This document shows positions 18,410 through 26,837 of a DNA stretch of 35,584 nt, one piece after another. The DNA comes from Acidimicrobiia bacterium (GTDB taxonomy: Bacteria > Actinomycetota > Acidimicrobiia > Acidimicrobiales > SZUA-35). Both the position numbers and the translations under genes were made by a program. The notes under the pieces were generated by a model. The model was given only the letters and a program-made list of their open reading frames with translations, did not search any database and was not told where the DNA came from. The stretch covers positions 1 to 35,584 of the forward strand of contig JAOTYQ010000003.1 of NCBI GenBank assembly GCA_029861725.1, read 5' to 3'. Position 1 is the stretch's first letter. Each line of letters starts with the position of its first letter.

Positions 18410-19255
18410 TCACGGCGGCGTCGGCTCGAGGTCGAGGCGGGCGGCGATCCCCTCGAGGCCGGGACGGGCCGGGGGATAGCGGTCGAACACCCGGGGGTCG
18501 TGGCCGGGGACGACGTACTCGGGCGACGAGGCCAGCTCGAAGCATCGGCGGTGACCCTCGAGCATGTCACCGAGGTGGTACACGATCGGGAACGGGCGCC
18601 CGCTGCGCATGTTCTCGTAGTAGTGACTGGCATCCGAGGCTAGGACCACCCACCCGATCGCGGTCGACACCCGCACGACCTGGAGGCCCTCGGTGTGGCC
18701 GCCGACGAGGTGCACCGAGATGCCGGGCGCCAGGTCGGTGTCGCCATCGTGAAAGACCACCCTTCCACCATGAACGAGATGCACGAGATCGGCGATGTGG
18801 TCGGCGGTGTAGGCGTGCCCGATCGCCGGCTGAGCCATGTGGCGGCCGGTGGCGTAGCTCATCTCGTCGTCCTGGAGATGGAACCGGGCCGCCGGGAACT
18901 GGGCGAACCCGCCGACATGGTCGTAGTGCAAGTGGGTCAGGATCACGTCGTCGACCTTGGTCGCAGCCACATCGACCGACGCCAACGCATCGGCGACCGA
19001 GCGGACCAAGGTCCGGCTGCGACGCTCGGCGTCGAGGGTGTCGAAGCCGGTGTCGACCACCCAGGTCGCGTCGGGGCCGACGATCGCCCACACGAAGTAG
19101 TCCATGTCCATCGGCTCGTCGTGGGGATCGCCGCCGAGGAAGTGCTCCGGTCGGCGGGCCGATCGCTCGGCGTACTTCAGAGCGTAGATCTCGTGCCGCG
19201 GAAGGTGGTCGGCCGGCGGCTCGACCGGACCGGAGGTTACCGTCGTCGGGGCCAT
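18410..19255 (-). CDS. Metallo-beta-lactamase-fold hydrolase (N-acyl homoserine lactonase family)
   Basis: VVDTG, THLHYDHVGG (HxHxDH), GGHTEG, LASDA, VPGHDP. Confidence 0.9.
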   Translation of the reverse strand: MAPTTVTSGPVEPPADHLPRHEIYALKYAERSARRPEHFLGGDPHDEPMDMDYFVWAIVGPDATWVVDTGFDTLDAERRSRTLVRSVADALASVDVAATKVDDVILTHLHYDHVGGFAQFPAARFHLQDDEMSYATGRHMAQPAIGHAYTADHIADLVHLVHGGRVVFHDGDTDLAPGISVHLVGGHTEGLQVVRVSTAIGWVVLASDASHYYENMRSGRPFPIVYHLGDMLEGHRRCFELASSPEYVVPGHDPRVFDRYPPARPGLEGIAARLDLEPTPP

Positions 19256-19346
19256 GGGCCCGCGACGTTACTCCCCGATGGCTCGGGGCCCGGCAATCTG
19301 TTCCCGGAATCGCACCGCTGCCCGGCGGGGGAATACCGTTGGACCC

Positions 19347-20606
19347 ATGCAACCGACCTATCCACCGGAGACCGAGCAGTACCGGGAGAAGATCAACGCC
19401 TTCCTGGACGAGCACCTGCCGAGTAGCTGGCAGGGCATCGGCGCACTCGAAGACGCCCAGCGGGCGCGCTTCCAGGGCGAGTGGCGGGAAATCCTGCGCG
19501 ACAACAAGCTGCTGGCCCCGAACTGGCCGGCCGAGTACGGCGGCGGTGGGCTCACCCACCTGGAACAGGTCGTGCTCAACGAGGAGTTCGCCAAGCGGGG
19601 CGTCCCCACCTCTGGGAGCAACGACGGGTTCAGTATCGGCATGGTCGGCAACACGATCCTGGCCTGGGGCAGCGAAGAGCAGAAGCAGCACTTCATCCCC
19701 CGGATCCTCTCCGGCGAGGACGTGTGGTGCCAGGGCTACTCCGAGCCGAACGCTGGCTCCGATCTGGCCAACCTCGGCTGCAAGGCCGAGCTCGACGGCG
19801 ACCAGTGGATCGTCAACGGCCAGAAGATCTGGACCTCGAGCGGCCAGACGGCGAACATGATCTTCGTTCTGGCCCGCACGGACCCCGACGTGCCGAAGCA
19901 CAAGGGGATCTCGTTTCTGCTGATGTCGGTCGACCAGCCGGGCGTCGAGATGCGGCCGATCACCAATATCGCCCGCCACGACCACTTCAACGAGGTGTTC
20001 TTCACCGACGCCACCTGTCCCAAGGACAACGTCCTCGGTGGGCTGAACAACGGCTGGGCGGTCGGCAACACGCTCCTCGGCTACGAGCGCGGCGTCGGCG
20101 CGACTACCACGGCACTGTCGTTCGGCGCCGAGTACGAGCTGTTCGTCGACATGGCCCGCAAGCACGGCAAGCTCGGCGACCCGCTCGTCCGCCAGGACAT
20201 CGCCCGGTTCTACACCACCGTTCAGATCATGAAGTACCGGGGCATGCAGGCCCTGACCCGGTTCCTCGCCGGGCAACAGCCAGGCCCGGAGTCGTCGATC
20301 GGCAAGCTGTTCTGGAGTCACCACCACCATCGGATCACCGAAGCGGCAATGAACATGATGGGGGCCGATGCCATGGTCGGCCTCGGCGAGGAGACCCGCT
20401 CCGGTATCGGGGCCCCGGCGATCGGGATCGAGAACACCCCGGCCAACTGGATGAGCAGCTTCCTGGTCGCCCGCCCCGGGACGATCTACGCCGGAACGTC
20501 CGAGGTGCAGCGCAACATCATCGGCGAGCGGGTCCTCGGCCTGCCGAAGGAGCCACGGGCCGACGGGGGCTCCTGGAAGGAGTCTCAGGCGGCGTACAAG
20601 TCCTGA
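19347..20606 (+). CDS. Acyl-CoA dehydrogenase
   Basis: WPAEYGG, WCQGYSEPNAGSDLA, NGQKIWTS, HKGISFLL, FNEVFF, TIYAGTSEVQRNIIGERVLGLP. Confidence 0.95.
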   Translation: MQPTYPPETEQYREKINAFLDEHLPSSWQGIGALEDAQRARFQGEWREILRDNKLLAPNWPAEYGGGGLTHLEQVVLNEEFAKRGVPTSGSNDGFSIGMVGNTILAWGSEEQKQHFIPRILSGEDVWCQGYSEPNAGSDLANLGCKAELDGDQWIVNGQKIWTSSGQTANMIFVLARTDPDVPKHKGISFLLMSVDQPGVEMRPITNIARHDHFNEVFFTDATCPKDNVLGGLNNGWAVGNTLLGYERGVGATTTALSFGAEYELFVDMARKHGKLGDPLVRQDIARFYTTVQIMKYRGMQALTRFLAGQQPGPESSIGKLFWSHHHHRITEAAMNMMGADAMVGLGEETRSGIGAPAIGIENTPANWMSSFLVARPGTIYAGTSEVQRNIIGERVLGLPKEPRADGGSWKESQAAYKS

Positions 20607-20621
20607 GCACCGCCAGAACGC

Positions 20622-22166
20622 TCAGTCGTCAGCCGATTGCGGCGGGGCGGGCTCCAGCTGGGCGAGATCGTGGGCGGGCAGCTCGTTCGGGTCGACGTCG
20701 GTGAACACCTCGACCGGGCCGAGATCGAGCGCCGAGTTGTCGCCATCGAGCGTCCCACCGGCCAGGAGGATCTTGCGCAGCTCGTTCGAGGTGAAGGCCA
20801 CGTAGACCATCGTTCGCACGTCGCGATCGGAGATCGGTCCCTCGGTCGAGAGGATCCCCTGATCGATCAGCGACGTGATCACCTCGAGCTCTCCAGACCG
20901 AATCGCGGCTTCGATCTCCTCGCCGTCGTCGCGGCTGAACCTGAGGTCGATGATGCGAGCACCCGCGTAGGAGGCCGCGACAAGACCGACCGCCGCCTCT
21001 GCCTCGGCCCGGTCTGCTGGCAGCGCCGCGGCCGATGCAACCGGGGCCTGATCGGCCGCCATTGTCGAGACGGGTGTGGCCGCCGCGGTGTCGACGGGCC
21101 CGGACGTGCCCGCTGCTGGTGCCGGGGCGGATGCGCTGCTGCCCGGCCGGTCGCCGGCCGTGTCGATGGAGTCGACGCGGTCCGTGGTGTCGCTGCCAGC
21201 GTTGGCGCCAGCCGCCGAGCCGCTGACAAGGCCGGCGAGAGGCTGCTGCAGCTCGCCTTCGATCGGCAGCGGCGCAACACCGCGCAAGGCGAACGCCGAG
21301 CTGCCGGCGGTAGCGTCGGTGCCAACGAAGACCGGCTGACGGTGGCCGTTCACGGCCAACGCCGGCTGCTCGTCGAGTTTCCGCTCGGCCTGTTTGGTGA
21401 AGATGGCGACGAGGCCGTCGATTTCGGCTTCGTCGCTGCGCTGCTCCATGTCGGTCTCGGCCACCGCTTGACCGTCGGGGGTCAGAGGCCACTGACCGAC
21501 TTCGAGCGCGTCCTGGCTGTACGGGCTCTCGACCATGCCGAGCGGTGGAACCGCATGCAGGCCTCGACCCGAGTCTCCGGCGGCTTCGAGGGTCACCCCA
21601 GAGGGGGCGGCCACGGCATCGGAGCCCTCGTCGGCCTCGAGGCTCACGAGCGTGCCGGCATCGGTGCCCGTTGCGGAAAGCTCCCGACCGTCGACCAGGT
21701 CACCGCCCTCGACCCCGTCCTCGTCGGAGCCGTCTGGCTCGTCGGCTGATCGCTCGGCGAGTGCAACCGTGCTCGCCTGGGCGGCCCGCTCATGCTCCTG
21801 GCGAGACTCGTCGGACCCCTCGGACCCGGGCTCCCATTGCCGGTCGTCGAGGGACGCTGTGGTCGCCGACCGCTTGCCGGTCACCGTCGCCATGAACGCC
21901 GCCGTGCTGTTCGGCGGGGGAGGCTCGGTCGTGATCGCTCGCGCCGATCCTCCCGCCGTGGCTCGGGTGGTCGAGTTGGCGACCGCTGTGTCGTCGGCTT
22001 GGAGGCGCAGATCGCTGATCACGTAGAGGCCGAGGGCCGCCACGATGATCGCCGTGAGGAATCTCACGATGAGCTGCTCACCGCTCGTCAGTGCGCCGGC
22101 GAGGATCAAGCCAAGCGCTCCAAGGGCAATCAGAAGGAATACTCCAGAAACAATACGCTTCGTCAT
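20622..22166 (-). CDS. Hypothetical membrane protein (two N-terminal TM helices, long low-complexity linker, C-terminal globular segment)
   Basis: Long ORF with GGAGG RBS before ATG 22166. Hydrophobic N-terminus and acidic/Ala-rich middle. No family recognised. Confidence 0.75.
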   Translation of the reverse strand: MTKRIVSGVFLLIALGALGLILAGALTSGEQLIVRFLTAIIVAALGLYVISDLRLQADDTAVANSTTRATAGGSARAITTEPPPPNSTAAFMATVTGKRSATTASLDDRQWEPGSEGSDESRQEHERAAQASTVALAERSADEPDGSDEDGVEGGDLVDGRELSATGTDAGTLVSLEADEGSDAVAAPSGVTLEAAGDSGRGLHAVPPLGMVESPYSQDALEVGQWPLTPDGQAVAETDMEQRSDEAEIDGLVAIFTKQAERKLDEQPALAVNGHRQPVFVGTDATAGSSAFALRGVAPLPIEGELQQPLAGLVSGSAAGANAGSDTTDRVDSIDTAGDRPGSSASAPAPAAGTSGPVDTAAATPVSTMAADQAPVASAAALPADRAEAEAAVGLVAASYAGARIIDLRFSRDDGEEIEAAIRSGELEVITSLIDQGILSTEGPISDRDVRTMVYVAFTSNELRKILLAGGTLDGDNSALDLGPVEVFTDVDPNELPAHDLAQLEPAPPQSADD

Positions 22167-22256
22167 TGCGGTGGCCTCCATCCTCAAAACAATAGATGGA
22201 ATTTGGCGAATGCGCATCCCCGGTTATTTAGCCTATTTGGACATCCTTGTTGAGGC

Positions 22257-22793
22257 TTATGCGTCCAAGACAGTTTTTTGGCTGGGATCGGCCACGATCG
22301 GCGGCTCCGTTGACCAGGGAAAATTTATCCAGAAGTCGGTCCTCTTCCAGACGAAGTCGCATTTTACCAGGCTGTGTGATTTTTCATACAGCACCGCGGT
22401 CATGCTTTCGGCCACGACATCTTGGCAGAATTCATGGACAACTTTGAGGGTATGACCAGTGTCTGCGACATCGTCGACGACCAATATGCGTGCATCTGCT
22501 AGGTCAAGCTTGTCCAAATATGGAGGAAGCATCACCGGCACGTCGAGCCGTTCGCCAACACCCGTGTAGAACTCGAGGTTCATGACGTACAGATTCTTCA
22601 CCGAGAGCGCGTAACCGAGCGACCCGGCTGCGAACAGCCCACCCCGAGCGATCGCCAGGATGATGTCCGGCTGGAATCCGCTGGCGGCAATGGTTCTCGC
22701 CAGCTCGCGCACCGCCCTGCCATAGGTGGGCCAATCCAGCGTCTCGCGCGCCTCGAGCGGGCTGCCTGCCGGTTCCCCGGGGGAGTCGGTCAC
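22257..22793 (-). CDS. Type I phosphoribosyltransferase (purine/xanthine PRT-like)
   Basis: AIARGG, PRPP-binding ILVVDDVADTGHTL, WINFPW. Confidence 0.92.
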   Translation of the reverse strand: MTDSPGEPAGSPLEARETLDWPTYGRAVRELARTIAASGFQPDIILAIARGGLFAAGSLGYALSVKNLYVMNLEFYTGVGERLDVPVMLPPYLDKLDLADARILVVDDVADTGHTLKVVHEFCQDVVAESMTAVLYEKSHSLVKCDFVWKRTDFWINFPWSTEPPIVADPSQKTVLDA

Positions 22794-22796
22794 CTC

Positions 22797-23060
22797 TTAC
22801 TCCTCTCGGCTCACCGGTTCGGGACCGGTGCTGACCTGAAGGCTGACCCGCGATGCACCGTTCGACAACGCGGCGTCGACAACCGCCCGGGCGATGTCGG
22901 CGATGTTGCTCGTCTTGGCCGTGACCGTGGTTCCGAACGGCCCCACGTCGACGTCGATGGCGGTGCCGCGGGCGGCATCGATCGACGCAGTGACGTGCGG
23001 GCCGGGCTTGGCTGGCACGAACGGCTCGACCGTGAACTCGAGAACGGCTCGGTCGGTCAT
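22797..23060 (-). CDS. Small ferredoxin-fold protein (thiamine-binding/YkoF-like)
   Basis: LEFTVEPF..HV..DVGPFGTTV..GASRVSLQV. ATGA overlap with the upstream HTH gene. Confidence 0.65.
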   Translation of the reverse strand: MTDRAVLEFTVEPFVPAKPGPHVTASIDAARGTAIDVDVGPFGTTVTAKTSNIADIARAVVDAALSNGASRVSLQVSTGPEPVSREE

Positions 23061-23518
23061 GGCTGTCTCCCTTCGGACGGCGGATCAGGGGGCGGCGCGG
23101 GTGGCCGGTCGGGAAGCGCTCGCGTCGAGGCGTTCAGATAGTTGTAGACGGTGAACCGGCTGACCTGGAGGCGATCGGCGATGTCCTCGACCGCTCGTCG
23201 CAGGTTGAAGGCGCCGAGCTCCTCGAGCCGGCGGACCGCCTCCTGCTTGCCCGCTCGATTCAGTTCGTTGATCGGTCGCCCCAGCTCGCGTTCGACGGTG
23301 GTGACGAGCCGGTCGAGGGCTCCGTCGAGCCCGACCGATCGGTAGCCCCCGATGATCCGACCCTCCCATTCGAGCGCGATGTCACTGTCGGTGACCTCCT
23401 CGGGACCGACCAACGTGCCACCGAGAGCGGCGGCCAGGGGTTTGATCATCTCCAGCGCGGGATGCACGAATTCCGACCCTAGTTCCCTCCGAGGGTTCTC
23501 TCCTGGCCGAATTGCCAT
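23057..23518 (-). CDS. HTH-domain transcriptional regulator (YheO/DauR-type C-terminal HTH)
   Basis: KQEAVRRLEELGAFNLRRAVEDIADRLQVSRFTVYNYL. Confidence 0.85.
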   Translation of the reverse strand: MAIRPGENPRRELGSEFVHPALEMIKPLAAALGGTLVGPEEVTDSDIALEWEGRIIGGYRSVGLDGALDRLVTTVERELGRPINELNRAGKQEAVRRLEELGAFNLRRAVEDIADRLQVSRFTVYNYLNASTRALPDRPPAPPPDPPSEGRQP

Positions 23519-23606
23519 TACAGTCCGATGTCGACCTCATGTCGTTCCTTGTTGGAGGGGTAGCCAGCGGGAACAGCGGCCAGTCAGAGCACCCAGGCGG
23601 AGTCAC

Positions 23607-24860
23607 GTGCACATCCGAACGCGTCGTAGCGGTCCAGAGCCACGCCCTCGGCCGCCGTTCGCGCCCATCGTCATCGTTGCGGTCACGTTGCTGGGCGCGT
23701 CCGCGTTCCCGTCGCAAGCCGACACGAGCACCTCGACGCCCGTCACGCCACCGACCACCGAGGGCTCGACCACCACCGCAGCCGAGACGGCAACGACCGC
23801 GCCCGGCTCGGCGATCACGCTGAGTGCCGAGGAGCGCGCGCAGCGGGCCACCGCTGCCGGCAACCTCAACGCGGCCCGAGCGGCGGACTCCGAGATCGCC
23901 GCCGCGCTGCAGAACATCAACGAGGCGGCGCAGGCCACCCAGTCGAAGATCGATCGCGCCGAGAGTCGTCTCGAGGTCGCCTTGAGCACACTGGAGACGG
24001 CCTCTGCCGAGCTGGCCGAGTCCGACGAGGAGCAGGCAGCGATCGAGGAGCAGCTCCGGTCGAAGGCCGTCGAGGGCTTCAAATCCGGCGCCGACGATTC
24101 GGGAGTGTTCTTCACCGACCGGAGCATGAACCAGACGCTCCGCCAGACGCAGCTCCTCCAGCAGGCCAACGCCTCCACGGCCGAGCTGCTCGAGGATCTG
24201 CGGGCCCTCCTCGAGGATCGCCGTGTCGCCCAGGCCGAGGCAGAGCAAGCCGCCTTCGATGCCGAGCGACTCGAGGAGGAGCTGACCGCCGAGCTCGAGA
24301 TCCTGCGGGAGCAGGAGGGGGTGCAGCTCGGGCTCCGGGCCGAGGCCCAGGCCAGGATCGCCCGATGGGAGAGCGAGCTGACGGCCTATGCCGCCGAGGA
24401 CGCAGCGATCCAGCGGCTGATCGCCGAGGGCAGCTCGGCGCCCGCCGTCGCCCCCCAGCCCCGCGAGCCGTCGGTCCTCGGCTACCAGTGGCCGGTGATC
24501 GGTCGGGTGACGAGCGGCTTCGGTTACCGCATCCACCCGATCTACGGCACGAGGAAGCTCCACTCCGGGGTCGACGTCGGCGCCGCCCGCGGTACACCGA
24601 TCTCCTCCACCTTTGCCGGGGTCGTGATCTACACCGGCTGGCGCGGCGGGTACGGCAATACGGTCATCGTCGACCACGGCGGGGGTCTCACCAGCCTGTA
24701 TGCCCACATGAGCGAGATCGGGGTCTCCAACGGGGCGGCTGTCGAGCGGGGCGACGTCGTGGGGTTCGTCGGGGCGACCGGCACCGCGACGGGCAACCAC
24801 CTCCACTTCGAGATCCGGTTCAACGGAACAGCGACCGACCCGGCCCCCTACCTCCCCTGA
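23607..24860 (+). CDS. Secreted coiled-coil M23 peptidase (EnvC/murein DD-endopeptidase-like)
   Basis: Signal peptide, long coiled coil, WPV.G.VTSGFGYRIHP, HSGVD (HxxxD), GYGN, YAHM, HLHFE (HxH). GTG 23607 has a GGAG RBS. Confidence 0.92.
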   Translation: MHIRTRRSGPEPRPRPPFAPIVIVAVTLLGASAFPSQADTSTSTPVTPPTTEGSTTTAAETATTAPGSAITLSAEERAQRATAAGNLNAARAADSEIAAALQNINEAAQATQSKIDRAESRLEVALSTLETASAELAESDEEQAAIEEQLRSKAVEGFKSGADDSGVFFTDRSMNQTLRQTQLLQQANASTAELLEDLRALLEDRRVAQAEAEQAAFDAERLEEELTAELEILREQEGVQLGLRAEAQARIARWESELTAYAAEDAAIQRLIAEGSSAPAVAPQPREPSVLGYQWPVIGRVTSGFGYRIHPIYGTRKLHSGVDVGAARGTPISSTFAGVVIYTGWRGGYGNTVIVDHGGGLTSLYAHMSEIGVSNGAAVERGDVVGFVGATGTATGNHLHFEIRFNGTATDPAPYLP

Positions 24861-24921
24861 CGTCGACGGCTCGTTCCTCGGATCGGGGGCCGTCCGGTCG
24901 AGGGCCTTCTCGGAGCCGTTC

Positions 24922-26538
24922 TCAGGCGGCGGTGACCGTGATCTGGTGCCAGCCGGTGGCTCCGCTCGGAGCCGGAGGCGCGAGCTCGGAGGTCTGGGTG
25001 TAGCCGCTGGCATCGGTCGCCCTGACCCTGATCAGGTGGCGGCCTTCGGTCGCCGTCCACCGCAGCACCCACTGCCGCCAGGCATTCGTTCCGAGCGACT
25101 CGCCCAGCTCGGCTTCCTGCCACTCGTCGTCATCGATCTGGACCTCGATCCGCTCGATGCCGATGTGGGGAGCCCATGCCACCCCCGCGATCGGCACCTC
25201 CGCCCCAGCGGTGACGGGCGTGCCGGTGCGGGGGGTGTCGATCCTCGACTGCGTCTTGACGGGTCCCAGCTTCGACCAGCCGCGGGGTATCCAGTAGCCG
25301 TCGAAGTCCTCCAGCGTTGTCAGCTCGATCTCCGAGACCCACTTGGTAGCCGACACGTAGCCATAGAGGCCCGACACGACCAGCCGGGCCGGGAATCCGT
25401 GACGGAGCGGAAGCGGCTCGTCGTTCATGGCGATCGCCACCATCGAGGTCCGGCCGTCGTAGGCCACCTCGGTCGGAAACCCGCAGCTCCATCCGTCCAC
25501 CGAACGGCTGGCGATCTGTGTCGCCCCTGGTCGGATGCCGGCCTCCTCGAGCAGCTCGGTCAGGGGGACGCCCTGCCACACGGCATTGCCAACGAGCTGG
25601 CCGCCGACCTCGTTCGACACGCACGACAACGTCACCGGCTCGACCATCGTCGCCCGATCGAGGAGCTCCTGATAGGAGTAGCTGATCTCGTTGTCGACCA
25701 TCCCCTTGATCCTGAGCTCCCAGTTCGCCGGGTTCACCTGCGGTGTGAGCACCGCGGTGTCGATCAGGTAGAACTGATCGTTGGGAACGATGAGGGGAGT
25801 GATCCCGGGCGTCGACGCGACGTCGGTCGTCCCGGCTGCGCTGATCTGGGCGCTGAGCTCGCTCTCGGCCAGCCTCGAGTCGAGACGCACCGCGTCGCGG
25901 GCGTCGGTGGCCGAGGATCGGGCCCTGATCACGTTGGCCCCGGCTGTGGCGATCGCGGCCGACGCCCCGACCGCCCCGGCGAGGTTGAAGAAGCCCCGCC
26001 GGGTGAGTGCGGGGTCGGTCGGGGACTCGGTGACGACCGCTTCGTCGGCGTCGCCGTGCTCGGGAGCTGTCACCGTCGCCTGCGGTACCGCCCGTCGCAT
26101 CAGCGCGGCAAGCGCGGCGATGCCCGCGATCACGGCCGCCGCCGTGACGGGGATGGCGGCGCCCCACCCGCCTTGGGCGTCGGTGGCGATGGCGAGCAGG
26201 CCGATCAGCCCGAACGCGCCGATCCCCACGACCCCGGGCAGGAGGCGGCGGCGGGATGCAACCCCGAGGCCGATCGCAGCGGCGAGGGAGACGATGATCG
26301 TGCCCAGCACGAGCGCCGGCTTGTCGGCGAGGCCGAACACCGCCTTGCCGAAGTCGACGAACCAGGTCGGTGCGTTGTCGATGACCCGGTTGGCGACGGC
26401 GACGACCGGGCCCGGGCGTGGGGCCGCCAGTGCGCCGGCGAGCTCACCGATGCTGAGCGCGGCGGCCCCGGCCAGGAGCCCGGCGACACCGGCCCTGAAA
26501 GTGCTCGGCACGGGCCGTTCCGTCTCGGCGGCCGTCAT
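24922..26538 (-). CDS. Membrane-bound molybdopterin-dependent oxidoreductase (sulfite oxidase family)
   Basis: Several N-terminal TM helices, internal TRRGFF twin-arginine-like motif, FYLIDTA, TLSCVSNEVGG (Mo-ligand Cys), PLRHGFPARLVVSGLYGYVSATKW, C-terminal dimerisation domain. Confidence 0.92.
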   Translation of the reverse strand: MTAAETERPVPSTFRAGVAGLLAGAAALSIGELAGALAAPRPGPVVAVANRVIDNAPTWFVDFGKAVFGLADKPALVLGTIIVSLAAAIGLGVASRRRLLPGVVGIGAFGLIGLLAIATDAQGGWGAAIPVTAAAVIAGIAALAALMRRAVPQATVTAPEHGDADEAVVTESPTDPALTRRGFFNLAGAVGASAAIATAGANVIRARSSATDARDAVRLDSRLAESELSAQISAAGTTDVASTPGITPLIVPNDQFYLIDTAVLTPQVNPANWELRIKGMVDNEISYSYQELLDRATMVEPVTLSCVSNEVGGQLVGNAVWQGVPLTELLEEAGIRPGATQIASRSVDGWSCGFPTEVAYDGRTSMVAIAMNDEPLPLRHGFPARLVVSGLYGYVSATKWVSEIELTTLEDFDGYWIPRGWSKLGPVKTQSRIDTPRTGTPVTAGAEVPIAGVAWAPHIGIERIEVQIDDDEWQEAELGESLGTNAWRQWVLRWTATEGRHLIRVRATDASGYTQTSELAPPAPSGATGWHQITVTAA

Positions 26539-26761
26539 CGATGCTCCGCACGGCACGAAACGCCTGGCCCCGGTCGTGCTGCCCTCTGCGGTCCGTACTT
26601 CGGTTTCATCTGCACTGTCTCTCCCCGGGGCTCGGTTTGCGAGATCGGCCCCCGTTCAGCTGTGCAACCATTTTGTCGGCTGTCGCCATCCCGGTCGGCA
26701 CCGACCGTCGTTGGTTTCACCACATGTTCAGATCTCTGGCGGACCGGCGGTCTCGTCCGCG

Positions 26762-26787
26762 GATACCTTGACCGATACGTTGACCGA
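26762..26787 (+). promoter_or_regulatory. Tandem direct repeat upstream of the selenoprotein gene
   Basis: GATACCTTGACC-GATACGTTGACC-GA with a 12-bp period, about 50 nt before ATG 26838. Confidence 0.45.
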
Positions 26788-26837
26788 AGGCGTGCTCGCG
26801 GGGAATGCGCGGTCAGCCGTACCGGTTAGGGAACGCT

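Noticed and set aside
18410-19255. Antibiotic-resistance beta-lactamase or proven quorum-quenching enzyme
   Set aside because: HxHxDH only shows the MBL fold. The substrate cannot be inferred.
22207-22235. dif (XerCD) site suggested by TGCGCAT...TTATTT in the AT-rich patch
   Set aside because: The arm spacing is wrong and the XerD arm (TTATGTTAAAT/TTATGTCAA-like) is not matched.
23519-23606. c-di-AMP (ydaO) riboswitch upstream of the M23 peptidase
   Set aside because: The region is too short and lacks the conserved motifs. Only one modest hairpin (23544-23574) is present.
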